In this document: one piece after another, positions 39,921 to 53,490 of the stretch
How positions within the stretch are numbered: the stretch's first letter is position 1
Layout: each line of letters opens with the position of its first letter
Assembly: GCA_050273025.1 (NCBI GenBank)
Contig: CP158635.1
Location: 26,288,001-26,352,000, forward strand
Source of the DNA: Cenococcum geophilum
Lineage: Eukaryota
Length of the DNA: 64,000 nucleotides
Direction of reading: 5' to 3'
Notes under the pieces: model-generated
Told to the model about the DNA's origin: nothing
Database searches by the model: none
Seen by the model: the letters and a program-made list of their open reading frames with translations, nothing else
Program-made: the position numbers and the translations under genes

Positions 39921-42900
39921 TATATAATTACAGCACGTGGTACACCGAACGCGTAGTTACGCGTTTAGTGCACTAACTACTTGGGTGCTAACTAATTAGG
40001 GGGAGGCGCGTTAGTATATAGACCACGTAGTCTACCTTAATAGAATCGACGGTTACTACCATCCTAAAGAGCATACAGATACTATACGTATTTCGTGCCC
40101 CGGGATATGACTTATTTATATTATTAAGTTAATACAAACACTAATTAGTAAGCGCGTATAGATTAGCAATTACTTAACACCTCCCCCTAAGCGATACTTG
40201 ACAGCGACTACCTGTTTAGACTCCTAGTACGACCTGCTGGAAGGTCGGAAGCTAGGGATTACGGAACTATTACCAACTCCGTATACTTATTTAAGTCTTA
40301 GTATAGTTTACTAGAAGTTTATAGACGCGAATACAGACCTTTACGGAACCCCCTATCCTTAACCCCCTTAAACCTTAAACCCCTCCGGACCTTTTACGGA
40401 AACCCTTACCCTCCTATAAACTATTACGGACCTGTTAATCGCCTTTACGGACTATTATAAGACCTCTTAAACTATTATGGACCCGTTAATCGATTTTATG
40501 GACCGTTATAAGACCTCCCCCACCCGTTACAAGCTACTACTACCCGCTACGTACTATACTATATAGTATAGCAGACACAAGCAAGCAGATTAATAAAGGT
40601 TAAGAGAAATAGAGATAAGGAGTCGACCTTATATCTATAATTGATGTTAACAACTATATTAAGTACAAAATCCTTAAATACGGATATTTTAAGCTTATAA
40701 ATGACGACCTATGGGAGTAATATAAGGAAGACTTTGCGGACTTTACGGAAGCTATTCTTAAGGCTTGTAACCCTAATGCTATCCGCAACTTACGAACCCT
40801 TTTACGTTACTAGGGTGTATAGGTTAAAAGGGATAAATAAGTTACTGTTGCACGGTCCTTATACAATACAATATAGGAGGAGAACTAAACGGAATGGACT
40901 AAAGAGTAGATTTTAGATCATATTAAAACTAGCGACTTCTTTGCCTCCTTTAAACTTAATAGGATCTCTAGCCTTATAGCTAACCTATTTAACCAAATTT
41001 GTCCTATAGACCTAAGCGGCTTTAGAATTGACCTTGCTAGCTAAAATATACCCTACTCTTACGTTACGGACCACGCTACGGATTATAATACCCCTGTAAC
41101 CCAAAATATGGACCGCAATACCCCCGTAAATTAAATTATGGACTAAACCCCTTCCGTTATTTAAGTTATAGATCCGCAAACCACCTAAGTAAAGACCTAT
41201 AGTAAGGAGCTAGCTAACCTAGCTAAGCTCTATACCGACAAATCCAAGTACAGCGGTAAAAATAATAACTTTAACTTTAAACTAACTATCTTTACGGACC
41301 TCTGTTAGAAGGCTAATATTCCTAAATAGGAGTTCAGCCAAGCCAACTCTACTATGCTGCGCGGCCTAGTACTTAACTACTACTACACTAACCTTAAGAG
41401 CAACCCCCTTAGTGTCCCCTTTAATAAGCTATACGAAGCCATATGTAACTACTTTAAAGGACCAGAATATAAGCGTAATATCCTTACCCAATAGAATGCG
41501 ACTAAGTTACGGACCGTAATGGATAAGAACACTGAAAAATCGACTATAGAGTGCCTGCAAATCCTTATTAAAGACCTTCGCCACCTATAGTACGGTCTTA
41601 ATATTAAGCTTCGAACGGACGACTTCCTGCATAATAAACTTATTATGGCTTGCCAGGAAATAGAACCCTATAAATACGCCTATTATAAGCCCGCAGACAC
41701 TATAGCTGGCCTTATTAACAATTTACGGTCCTCTATTATAATGTACGAAGCCTTAAACCCGCTAGGTAGTACTTAAGCCTTTATTACGGACCTATAAAAT
41801 CCGTAAACTGACTTAGATGCCTACTTTATGGACCGCCGCTACCGCTAGCAGTACCTGTATCGACTAGGTCCTACCCGTAAACCCTATAGTAACTCCTATA
41901 TAAAAGCATACCCCTATAGACGAACTAGCCAGAAGTGTTTTATATACGGTAAGGAAGGATATTGGTCTATAAGGCATACCTAGGAAGAACGTAATAAGTC
42001 TAAGAAGAGATTTAATAATTGGATTAACTAGTTTATCTTAGACTACAAAGGAGAGGAAGTAGAGGAGTCTCTTAACGAGTTAATAAAAGCCCTTATAATT
42101 GACTTTAACTTAGATACTTAGGAATAGGAGACCTTAGAGACGTTCCTAACTACTTATAGACCTTTTATAGATAACTAAGCCTTTAATATTACGACCGTAT
42201 TAGCCGACCGCTCCTTTATACACTTAATTGCACCCAAAAACTAGCCCGTAAATATACCTATTAGACCTATTATAGACGTTATGGACCGCGAACAGGACCT
42301 ATTTATATATATTACTACTAAACGCTACACCCCCAAAGAATTCTACAGCGTTATAATTAATATAGGTGCCTCTAAGAAGTCTACTATAGGTTATGGACAA
42401 TACCTTGTATATAAGACTATTATAAATAATAATACGGATATTAATACCATGCAAACTGGGGCCGTAAACGTCTAATTCGGCATTAGCTTAACCGCATTAA
42501 TTAAATTAGTTAAAGTTAAGACTAATTAGCCCAGTTAACTTCCATATAGTAAAAGCGGATACCCCTTTCCTACTCTGCCTTACGGACATGGATAGGTTAT
42601 AGGTTTATTATAACAACGTTACGGACACCTTAATTAGCCCTATAACTACCTAAGGAAGTAAGCATATTACCCTACTAATTGTATAACGATTTGGATACCC
42701 ATTCCTTATATAGGGAGAAACTTTACGGACCTATATTTAGGAATCTCTTAACTATAACCCATACTACCTTACTAGTATGGAAACCTACCGCCTATACCGC
42801 TGTTTCGGCTACCTGTTAGCCGAAAAGCTATATAGAGTCCTTAAACGTTCTAGACACGATAATGTTAATAGGAAGGTAATTAACCACCTAACTAAATACT

Positions 42901-45900
42901 GCTCCTTCTGCTAGAAATACGGACATTCCCTAGGCTAATTTAAGTTCACTTTCTACAAAGACCTTAATTTCAATTACTTAGTATACGTAGATATTATATA
43001 TATTAACGGCAGCCTAGTATTATATATAATTGACGAGGCAACCCGCTATTAAGCCGCCCGTTAGTTGCAAAATATATCCGCAAAATATACTTGGGATATT
43101 TTATGGACCTACTAGATCGATATATACGTTGGACCCCCTAAGTATATTACCCACAACGCCGGTAGGAACTTTATTAGTAAGGAATTCCAATAGTACGCTA
43201 TGGCTATAGCTATTTTAATAAAAGCTGTTCTAGTTAAGGCGTACTAGTCTATTAGGCTTATTAAGCGAGCTTACCTAGCTCTATAGAGAGCTTACTAGAT
43301 TATTACGGACGAGTATAAGGATATTTAAAAGGAACTAGCTTTATAGATAGCCGTAAAAGCCGTTAATAATACTGCTAGCCCTAACGGACTAGTACCTACC
43401 CTCTTGGTTTACGGAGCCTACCTAAAGATAAGCAACCTAGGCCCTCTTGCCCCGTCTATTACGGAACGAGCAGCTATAATACGGAAGGTAATAACTAAAA
43501 TAGCCAAATTACGGACTAAATAAACTATTAATAACGCCCTGTACTACCGTAACGGACCTAATATAACCCTAGTATATAACCTCCCGCTTAATTCTGAAGT
43601 CCTTATATAGCGTAAAAGCGGTAATTAGACTAGACCTTACCGTCTACTAGCCGTAGAAGACAAGACCTGCTATATATAGCTTCCTAGCGGACCAATAAGC
43701 TTTAGAAGCATATCCGTAAAACCCTATTTTTGGTCTAAAAACACCTATAACGTTAAGCTAGATGAACTAGAAGCACCCGCCGAATTAGATAAACTAAAAG
43801 CACCCTTGCCTACCCTAGAGGTTCCTTAGAAACCTGCTAAACCTGCTAAACCTACTATAAAGTGTAGCCGAGGACGCCCCCGTAAAAACCCCGTAACGGA
43901 GAATTACTTAACCTTTATAGGCACATCCGTAAAGTAATCTCCGCCTATAGATATATTAGTTCTAGTATAGGAAACCCCTTTTATAGACTTATAACGTAAA
44001 GAGATTAACGGACTACTTAAGAAGGGCGTCTTTATGGTTATAACGGAGAGAGATGTTCTGTAAGGCGTCCGTATATTTAACTTACGCTTTATTAATAAGA
44101 TTAAGCACCCTAGTACTAATAAAGCCTTTAAGAAATTAAGGCTTATTATATAAGCCTATAATGACTAGGGAAAGGACCTAGTCCTTACATAATTGCCTAC
44201 AATTTAACGAGTTAGTTAACGGATTATACTTATACTTACGTCTAGACTATAGCAAGCTAAAACCGTAGCCCTTTACTTATGGGATATCTCACAAGCCTAT
44301 ATGTAGTCTAATACCTACCTAAGTAGGGACATCTTTATATAACTACCCCTTAAGCTTAACTTATAACTAGGAACAATTCTATAGGTTATAAAACCCCTTT
44401 ATAAAGTACCGGAAGCTAAAAACCACTGGTTTAAAACATATTACTAGCATTACGTTAGTAAACTTAAAATGGAATAGTTAACCTACGACCCCTGCCTCCT
44501 ATATACCCCATTAAACGGTCTTAGCATTATTAGACTCTAAACGGATAATACCCTCTTCTTAGTAGACTAGACCTTTATGGATGCTAAAGAGACTAAACTA
44601 TAAGAGGTAAAGTTCTTAGTAAAGCCGTAAGAGTAGTTAACTAAGTAGACTCCAATTAAGTTTAATAGAGGCTTAATTACGTAAAAGGGCAATATAATCT
44701 AGCTAACTTAGGAACGCTAAACTTAAAACCTAAGGCTTATTATAGCAAAGCCTATAGATCTTATTAGCTTCCGTAGAGAGACTCGTAAGACTATAAATAT
44801 AAAGGACTAATACGCTGCACAGCGTGCAAGAGGCGCCTATATTACTATAGTTTGTTAACCTAAATCTACCTACGATTTATCCTTTACGGCCTAGGTAACA
44901 GATCTATAAAAGGAAAATATTAAGCAGCTAAATAAGCGTATTTAGTGGTAAATTAACAATGTAATAAGAGGACTTACTTTTATACTACTAGACCTAAATT
45001 TCTTTAGCGTACTAGTATTTACGGACGCCTCCTTTGCCAATAACAGGGACCTATTATCGCAAATCGGCTTCGTAATTGTACTTACGGACCGTAATTAGGA
45101 CGTAAATATACTGTATTAGTCTTCAATTAAATGTAAATAAATAACCCGCAGCGTACTAGCTTCTAAACTATATGCGCTAGCCTATGGCTTTAATATAGCA
45201 GCCGTAATCAAATTAACAATCCAGAAGATCCTATAATTAGAGTAGCTACCCCTAGTTTTATACACCAATTTAAAGTCCCTCTATAACTGCCTAGTTAAAC
45301 TAGGTACGATATAGGAAAAGAGGCTCATGGTCGACCTAATATACTTACGTTAGGCCTATAAACGACATAAGATTACGGAGGTTAAATGGATTAGTAGCGG
45401 AGATAACCTAGCGGACGCTATAACTAAGGCAAAGCCGTGCCAAGCTCTAAAAACCCTAATTAACATAAATAAGCTCAATCTAAAGGTTATAGAATGGGTG
45501 GAACGAGACTAACGGAGCACTTATGGTTTATTTACGGCCCGTTGGAAGGCCGTACGGTTTATTTTACGGACTATAAGCAGGACTTACAACCAGCTTGGAG
45601 TACTGTTTAGAAGGCAGCCTAGAAGGCATCTTGGGAGGGATTTCCTATGTATTTCTTTTATGTTTTACGGCTCCATTAAAGCGATTACGGAGGTTAGATA
45701 CAATTAAGTCATTTCCAAGTACCGCCAGTGTATAATTATAGCACGTGGTACACCGAACGTGTAGTTACGCGTTTAGTGCACTAACTACTTGGGTGCTGAC
45801 TAATTAGGGGGAGGCGCGTTAGTATATAGACCACGTAGTCTACCTCAATAGAATCGACAGTCACTACCATCCCAAAGAGCATACGATACTATACGTATTT

Positions 45901-45947
45901 CGTGCCCCGGGATATAACTCATTTGTATTATTAAGTTAATATAAACA
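39921..45947 (+). mobile_element. Copia (GalEa-like) retrotransposon E, full length, RIP-degraded
   Basis: LTRs of about 220 bp (39921-40140 and 45729-45947) and TSD ATATC. Remnants include protease VII(D)IGASKKST (~42350), integrase HHCC (~42790-42910), RT L(Q)TD(D)TL (~44535) and RNase H EKRLMVD...DNLADA. Confidence 0.92.
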
Positions 45948-46636
45948 ATATCTTAGACTTTAGCCTTAAGTCCTTATTTATACTATACTATAAGCGCCTT
46001 ATTATTCTACTTAACTTATATAGCTAGCGTCTAGAACTGCGTTATATACTTAATTGCTAAGGTTTATTACGTAATATTTTAGAGTTTTCTTTCCGCTGTG
46101 GTTACCGCCTCTAGGTCTCTAAATATTTATATAAGTTGCTCTATAAACCCTTTCTAGCTTAAGAATATAAACTATACCTCCTAGTTAGTGGTTATTATTC
46201 CGTTTACTTATATTTCTATAAAGTAAGGCTTAAACTACTTAAGTGCTCTTCCTAATAGGAATAGTCCCGCGTATGCTATTCGATCTATAGGTATTAGCAG
46301 TTTTGCCCCTTTTTATATAACTTTAAAATGCATTTATATAAGAAACCCTTTAAGCTTCGAACTTTCTCCTAAGTATTTTTTAATTAATAGTAACTTAATC
46401 TTTGCTGCCCCTATCCTATTAAACCTTTCTTTTAGCGCCGTATTATTTATTATTAGCTAGTTAACTATTTCTTATAATTATCTAACCGTCATAGGTTGCT
46501 GCGAGTTAGTATCTACTATACTAGTATCGCCTCCTAACCTTAAGGTAGTTGCCGCCGTTAATAGTATTATAGCGGCTGCTTTTAGTAGCATATTATTCGA
46601 CTTTTTATATTTAATACCATAACTAGGTAGTAATTA

Positions 46637-47059
46637 TGTAACGGAACCTTGTAGTAGGTACTATAATAGGCTCGTTATTAGGCTAGGTATATAGGTAATA
46701 TAAATTAAAGTTAATAACGTAATAATAACTAGTGGAGTGGTTGCCTAACAGATTAATTCTAATTGTATTCTAAGAATTACTATAAGGAAGGAACTATCTA
46801 AATAGGGACTAAGGGTCCTTAAATACACAACCGTACTCCTATAAAATCCTCCTTATATATAATGTACGTGTTATACGTATTGCACATACGTTCCCTTCGT
46901 ATACTACGTACACTACGTACAACATTATATAACCTTGGTTACCATTCCTTATTACATAGCTCTACTAGTTCCATCCTAGACCGTACCTAAATTAACTAAC
47001 TAGCTTCTTCCGACTCTTCTTTAAGTAGTTATAACATTATACTTAAAGCGTCCGTAATA
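46637..47059 (-). repeat. 5' LTR of Gypsy C
   Basis: TGTAACGGAACC...GCGTCCGTAATA, the reverse complement of the B-type LTR with a divergent central block. Confidence 0.92.
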
Positions 47060-48065
47060 GATTTCTTCCGTCTATTTTATGCTGCCTATAATAGGTCCTT
47101 TACTAGGAATAATATACTTAGTAGGTAGGCAAATACTAGGCTTAATCCGCTTAATTTAAAGGTTATTTTTAGCGCTATTAAGACCTAATAAACGTAAGGT
47201 AAAATAGCCTCTTAGCCTTTATTAAGGGACTTAAATATCTTAGCCCTCTTTGTAAGCGACTAGAGGAAGGTGCGTAGGCTTCTATAAAATATAGTTAATA
47301 AGATTATAAAGTCGTAGGCTAAAAGGCTTAAAAATATAGTTCTTAAGCTTACTACTAATATTACTCTCCTCTACTTTAAAAATAAGGGCCTCTAAAAGGC
47401 GTTTAGTAATAATAAGAAGAAAAGAGCTCGTGGTAAGCCTCTTTTTAATAAACTACGTGCAGAAACTAACTGCAAGGCTATATTCTTTAGCCCCTTGGGG
47501 ATTAAGCAAGTAAAAGAGCTTTAAGAGGAGCGTAAACAACTATAACACTAAAAGGAGGTACGCCGATAGGATGAGAAGATTTAGAAGTAACTTGTAAAGG
47601 AAGAATAACAACTTACAATAGTATAGAGGAAGCAGGATAGAATACAAGCTAAGGTTTAACGAGAGAAGAAGGCTGCTAAAAAACGCCGCTAGAAAGAGGA
47701 GACTGTATATACCCGCGCAGTAAATCTATAGCTTTAAAATAACCTTAAGCTAATAAGAGGAGGTAGACGGAGGGGACAAGCTACTAGGTAATCTCTTATT
47801 GTTATTTTAAAGGTTGTAATTAAGGAGGTAGATGGAGTAGTTATATCTAGGGCTTCTCGCACTTAACGCTAAATTCGACGACTTCCTATAGTTGGAAAAT
47901 TTTATACAATAGCTCATTTAAATGAGGAGACTTAGTAGATTACTACATCAAAAATCTAGACTATTTTATTAATTGTATGTGATTCTACAGCCTCAAATCG
48001 AGGCTTGGTAATATTTGATTTTGGTGTGCATTGAGTGGGACCGTGTACGGAGTGGGCCGGACTCC
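47060..48065 (+). mobile_element. 3' half of a pogo/Fot1-like DDE DNA transposon, RIP-degraded
   Basis: Reads FFRLFYAAYNRSFTRNNILS(GW)ANT(G)LNPL, then KKRARGKPL...AIFFSP and a charged coiled-coil tail. A TIR-like end with repeated GAGTGGG lies at about 48030-48065. Confidence 0.75.
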
Positions 48066-48259
48066 TATGTGGCCGGCGTTAACTAAAAAGCGCCGAGCCT
48101 GCTGCTTTACATACAAAAACGTCCGTGCGGGCTTTTAGGAGAAGTTATTGTATACGCGTCGATGCGTATCTCATCTGGAGCTCCTTTTAATCACTATAAG
48201 TACGACTTATAGAGCCTCTCTCAAGCCAGGATCAATCTAATCCTAATTAGGAAATTAGT

Positions 48260-48365
48260 GTATATTCAATGTAATCAATGTAATCAATCAGAATCAGGTG
48301 TGGTGATTCTATAATAATCAAAATCTATGGCCTGATTACGATTACGGTGATTATGTGCATCCCTG
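48260..48365. repeat. Possible terminus of a small DNA transposon (GTAATC/GATTAC subterminal repeats, ends ...GCATCCCTG)
   Basis: Clustered TAATC/GATTA motifs in both orientations, ending in a CAG-type terminus on the minus strand. No partner end was found. Confidence 0.35.
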
Positions 48366-48520
48366 ATGTTATCTGTTCGTGTGACGTTTTCTCAGCACAC
48401 GATCGGCTTTGCATAAGACTAGCGAACACATGAGGCTAGAAAACTAAACGGGGAACGATTTTATGATAAGATGGATGTATAATAGGGCTTAGCAAATTCT
48501 CATTTTATGATACGCGTGGG

Positions 48521-49590
48521 TCAAGGATATAGCATATAAAAATAGGAAGCTTCAAAGTTCTGACTAGCCAGCGGAGGCAACCAATCTACCCCAATTCCCT
48601 ATTGTGAATTGGGAGTTGCACCTGTTAAAATGGTCAGCATTCTGGGTTTACTCAGGGATAATTTGACCACTAACATATTTGTCAATTCCCATGTTTCTGC
48701 ATACAACTTCCCACATACTCCAGAATCTTCTTCATCTCCAGCGGCACCGGCAACAAACATAGCAGCCATAAAATGGTCGTCCGTTGCATGCGCATCGCGG
48801 TATTGCGGATGCTTCATAAGCCGCGTCATGGCGCGCCGTAAGTTTGGGCCACTGTTATTCGAAATAACATCTTCCACCGCTTGTCGAAACTCAAGAGCCC
48901 ATGCTTCGGGAGGGGTCTCCTGTGCGAAGTTATCCGAGTACTGTAACATTGGGCCCCAGCGATTCCGGTAAAGATTATGCACTGCACCTCCAGTTCCAAT
49001 CAGGAGATACCCTTCTTTCCGCAGTTGGCGAAGAGAAGAGCCAACCTTCATGTGAAAATGTGGATCAAACCGTGCGTTCATAGATATAATAGTTGTTGGA
49101 GGGCATCCATCCGGAAACATCCGTATGAGGATCAGGTAAGTGTCATGGATCCAGTCAAAGGAATTGTTGCCTCTAACGTTAAACCCTTCGGAAGAGAGTA
49201 TCTCAATGCAGCGCTTCGCCGTCGGAAGGTCTGGATTCAACCTGTAGTGTATGTATTTATCTGGGTGGACATATGCGACTGGCGACTTCCTGGGCTTAGG
49301 GTTTGTGGCCACTTCGATTTTGTCACCGTTTGCGTCCCAATGGGCGCCCTGTAACCTTGAAATGTAAGTGGACGCTTTTGACTGAAGCTTGGCTCTCATG
49401 TAAGTGGCGCAGCCTGCTCTAATTTTAACGGAAGTGTAATGAAAAGCTGACTGACCATCATAATAACGCCTTTGATTCCATTTACAAGAGCTTCATCACC
49501 GCATTTCTTCCAGTACTCGGCGGACTCAGACTCCTCGCCAAGCATCATGGTCGAGCCATGAGAGAAGAAGTGTACTGGAGTGATAGCCAT
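48521..49590 (-). CDS. LigB-family extradiol ring-cleavage dioxygenase (DODA/YgiD-like)
   Basis: MAITPVHFFSHGSTMM, |GAHW, DWIHDTY, LIGTGGAVHNL and DAHATDDHF give the class III extradiol dioxygenase His pattern. Two introns. Confidence 0.88.
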
Positions 49591-49869
49591 TATTGGTGTT
49601 ACGGATACGGTAGAGTGTGACGGAGCTTTCAAGCGCAATATTGCGTATCCCAGGCTTTCCTAGGGAGTCGTTTCTTGTACAGGCTGATAGTGGAGCCGAA
49701 AGTGAGAGGGTTCTGAATTGGGTCTAGCACTACTCGCCACACTAGGCCTCGGCTCTTCGCATATGATCGGCTCCACCTCCACCTCCTATCTCTCGACCGC
49801 AATTCGCACGTCGTCCATTCCTCTCCACACTCTGCATGGCCCCGCAAATGTAATCAGCAATTCTCCAGT

Positions 49870-52800
49870 ATGGAAGCAAGAGCATCAATTGCGTCCGACT
49901 CGAACCCTCAGCAAGGCTTCTACCAATGTGGCGATTGTAAGCGTAGTTATACGCGAGTCGACCACTTGGCTCGGCATGTTCGCTCGCGTCCGTAAATCTT
50001 GAGCGCTCCGTAAAAGTAGGCCTAGCTAATCAATTCGTATTGTAGATACTCAGGAGAAACCTTACCTCTGCGTGGTATGCTCTAAGCGATTTTCCAGGGT
50101 GTAAGCCCCCTTAGCTTACCCCCCGGAGCCGAGGATAGCACGAATACTAATAATATCCCTGCAGAGATCTACTCAAGCGCCATGCGGTGGGGCATAAGGC
50201 GAAGTTAGCTGAACCGACAGCCAGTGATAAGCGTCATAAGCAGCCTGCTTCTCCAACCTTTAACCCACGAGTGAGCCAAGCCTGCGAAGCTTGTGCCAAA
50301 GTCCACTTACGATGTGAAGAAACCAAGCCATGCAAGAGATGTCAGAAGAAGCAGTTACCTTGCATGGTATTATCTCGATCGATGAGTGAAGAGGTCACCA
50401 CCATGGTCGCTGCTGGGGATCTCCTTAGGTTAGCTCAAAATTCCGGAATTCCTACGGCACTTCCCAATGCTGAAATATCTTTGGGAAATCAACCCCCCAC
50501 GGAGGACTACCAACACACTGAGAATTTTGGCATGGGGCAAGATGAAGACCCTATGTTCCATCAAAGCGTTCCATCACTGCAGCCTCAGCCGAACGCAGAA
50601 GATTGTGATATTGGAAATCAAATTGCAGACACTCAAAGAAGGGAGACCCAAATTTCTAATGGAGATATGTTGAATAATTCCGATATGCTTGGTCTACCAG
50701 ACTTTCTCAGAAACATGATACCATCGATCGCAGATCCATTCATGAGCATGGGAACTCTGAATCACCAGCATGAGACGTGGACTCCTCGTGGATTGATGGA
50801 TTTTGGTCTCGAATCAAATTTAGAACTGAATGATATTGATCTTAGTTTCCTTGATACTTATAACAGTAAAGCGCCCTTCGATTTCGAGAGTCCAAATACA
50901 GAGTACAATTCCTCTGGTAATGTGCCCGAAGAGGTTGGTATGCCGCAAAATGGAGCTGCATTACGCACGGAGGCTTTTCGAAGGTCTATTTGGCGCTTTA
51001 TCCCGGTTTCACAAGACCATGGAGCTGCTGAACAACAACATCTTTCTCTCCCAGTACCAGACAATTCGCATGATAGCCCAGAATCACGCATCAATCTTCG
51101 TCGGCGGATCACCATGGACAAATTACATCAGACTTCACGCGACAAAATTCTAGCGCTCGTAATAAGTACCTGCAAGACAGCAAACATAGCTCGTGCAGTA
51201 GCATCATTCCCTTCAATGGAACTCTTGGACATTTTGCTGCAATATTATCTCACATCGCCCTATTCTAAAGTCAACACTTGGCTGCACATCCCTACGTTCT
51301 TCCCTACTACAAGCAAAAGACCAGAGCTGTTGACAGTCTTAATTGCAGCGGGAGCTGTTCTCACCCCTGACATATCCTTGAGGAAACTAGGGCTCGCACT
51401 ACAAGAGGCAGTGCGTGTGTTTGTTCCTATGAAGGTATGTTTAATTTATATTTCCATCCAACTCTTATCCAAGACTTTAGGGAAGCTCACTTCTATAGTG
51501 GGAGGAAGACAATAGCGAAACACGGAATCTGGAGCTCCTGCAGGCATTTATGCTCCAACTAGAGGTCGGGCTCTGGAGTGGCAATAGTCGTAAAATTGAA
51601 ATGGCGGAGAGCTTTCTGCAACCACTGGTTACGGTGAGTATACAGATTTATTAAATCATGTACAACGGCTCAAAGCTCTATCATATACCTTACTTCTTTT
51701 GCCTATGCAACGTCCTTAAATTTGTTCTCATACATCATACTTATGGGAACGAAATTTCTGGCCTAAAGTGCCAAAGTGTAACCTAATAAAATCTACACAA
51801 AAGATAGAGTCAGCTAGTGGTGTGCCCGGACTGTCTCCCTTTTAGCATATGTTATTCTTGTCTCTCTTTTTAATAACTAAAACTTCTATGGTCAAATCCT
51901 AATATGTCTAGATGCTTCGACGTAGCGGTAAATACCGATATTCCGGATACTCTTTTGAAGCACCTTGTCCAGACGACCATGGCCAAGGCCTTGAAAAAAA
52001 GTGGAGGTTTTGGATAGAGCAGGAGTCATATATCCGGTAAGAGCAACGGATTTCAGTTTCATCCTATGGCCGATCAACTAAAGTGCTTCTATGAGCCCTT
52101 TCAGCCTTCGAATGAGCACTCTTACCTGGGTTTAAGCCTACAAAAATCTCTACTGACTGTAAGCTTTAGCCTTGTCTTCTACATTTTTCAACATGACGTT
52201 CAAATGTCAATGGCGTTGCTGACAAATCCATTAATCTCATACGCTGAATTATTGCTACCTCTACCGGACACGCAAAGTCTCTGGCTCGCTCCGGATGCCG
52301 AGTCCTGGAAAAGCATTTGGTTAAGTAGACCCAATGCTCCTAGCAGGCGGCTAACTTTGGTTGATTGTGTCAACGACGTGGGCCTTCTAAGCTCTTCGAG
52401 CTACTTTATTGATACCGATGAGTCAAGGATGGCCTATCTTTACGCCCATTGGGGTTTAGCGTGGGAATATCGGCAACTGAGCTCCTTTCTGAAGCCCCAA
52501 TCTCGCCAAGGTCTTTTGATGAAATCCCGCCATCAAGACATTGTTCAAACTCTCAATTATTTCCGAATCAGTTGCGAAGGCTTAGCCAATGACTCCGGCG
52601 GCACTTTAACGATTGTTCTGGAAATCATATTGATGCACCTCAATATGTCTTTAGAGGAAGTCCAACTATTTGCGGGTCTCGAGGGGCAGGAAGAAACTGG
52701 TCGTGTTTATCCATCATTGCGTGACTGGGCGAGCACTACAGCTGCACGCCAGGCAGTTTGGCACGGGGGTCAGGTCATACGGGCAACAAGGTCCCTACCG

Positions 52801-53223
52801 GCGAATTCTATTCGGGGTTTTCATGCCATTGCAGTGTATCACGCAAGCTTGGCATTTTGGGCTTACGGACTCATCCGGGGCGCAGAAAAGCGGTCTTTCA
52901 TGCCAGCCTCTGGACCAGAACGGCCAAGCCCACCAGTGTGGCTCGATGATGTAGAAACGACGGATACGCAAAGATTCATTGGCCTGGACCGAGGTTCACC
53001 TTGCGTTCGTGGAATGCATGATCCACTTGACTCAGCTCCGCCTGCTTTTCTCGACGATCCTAGTGCTGTTTTGGACTCTATGCTTGGGGTACTGCGTGAT
53101 AATCATAGTGCTAAACATGGACCAGGGCCACTTTTGGTAGAAAACCTAATTCAGCTTATGAGAGGGTTACGGGCGGCTGCTAAAGGACCACAGTTGGGGT
53201 ATGAAGAGGATTTCCCTCGATAG
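49870..53223 (+). CDS. Transcription factor with two C2H2 fingers, a Zn2Cys6 cluster and a fungal TF middle-homology region
   Basis: YQCGDCKRSYTRVDHLARHVRS|HTQEKPYLCVVCSKRFSRV|DLLKRHAVGH, then CEACAKVHLRCEETKPCKRCQKKQLPC, WLHIPTF and GLWSGNSRKIEMAESF. Confidence 0.92.
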
Positions 53224-53490
53224 GTTAAATCGTTTGCAGTTCCGGGTACTGTAATAGTAACGTCTAGAATTATTCACATGATCAGAAAGGATCTCACGGC
53301 TAGAAATTATCCTCCATTAGTAAAACTATGTAACTGAGCTTATTAGGAGCCCAGAAAGCCTTTAAAATCTTCCTCGGAATTAATTCTAGGTAATCACGTA
53401 CTTTAGGTTTTTCATGCGTCACAAAATTTCTTCACGTGAAACTCACGAATTTTCAAATAATGTACAGTCTTTTACGACGATACTGAAGTA

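Larger units (their letters stand above)
26968..47059 (-). mobile_element. Ty3/Gypsy chromovirus C (same family as B, variant LTR), interrupted by two Copia elements
   Basis: Reverse-complement colinear with B over 27230-29589, 35958-39920 and 45948-46636. The 5' LTR is at 46637-47059 and a truncated 3' LTR at 26968-27229. Confidence 0.93.

Noticed and set aside
15617..42475. Short hydrophobic Leu/Ile/Tyr-rich ORFs in the ORF track within the AT-rich block
   Set aside because: These are by-products of RIP in transposon sequence, either antisense frames or short fragments of gag/pol, and not membrane proteins.
48521..49590. Betalain pigment pathway suggested by the DODA-like dioxygenase
   Set aside because: LigB-family membership does not fix the substrate, and no tyrosinase or P450 partner is linked in this window.
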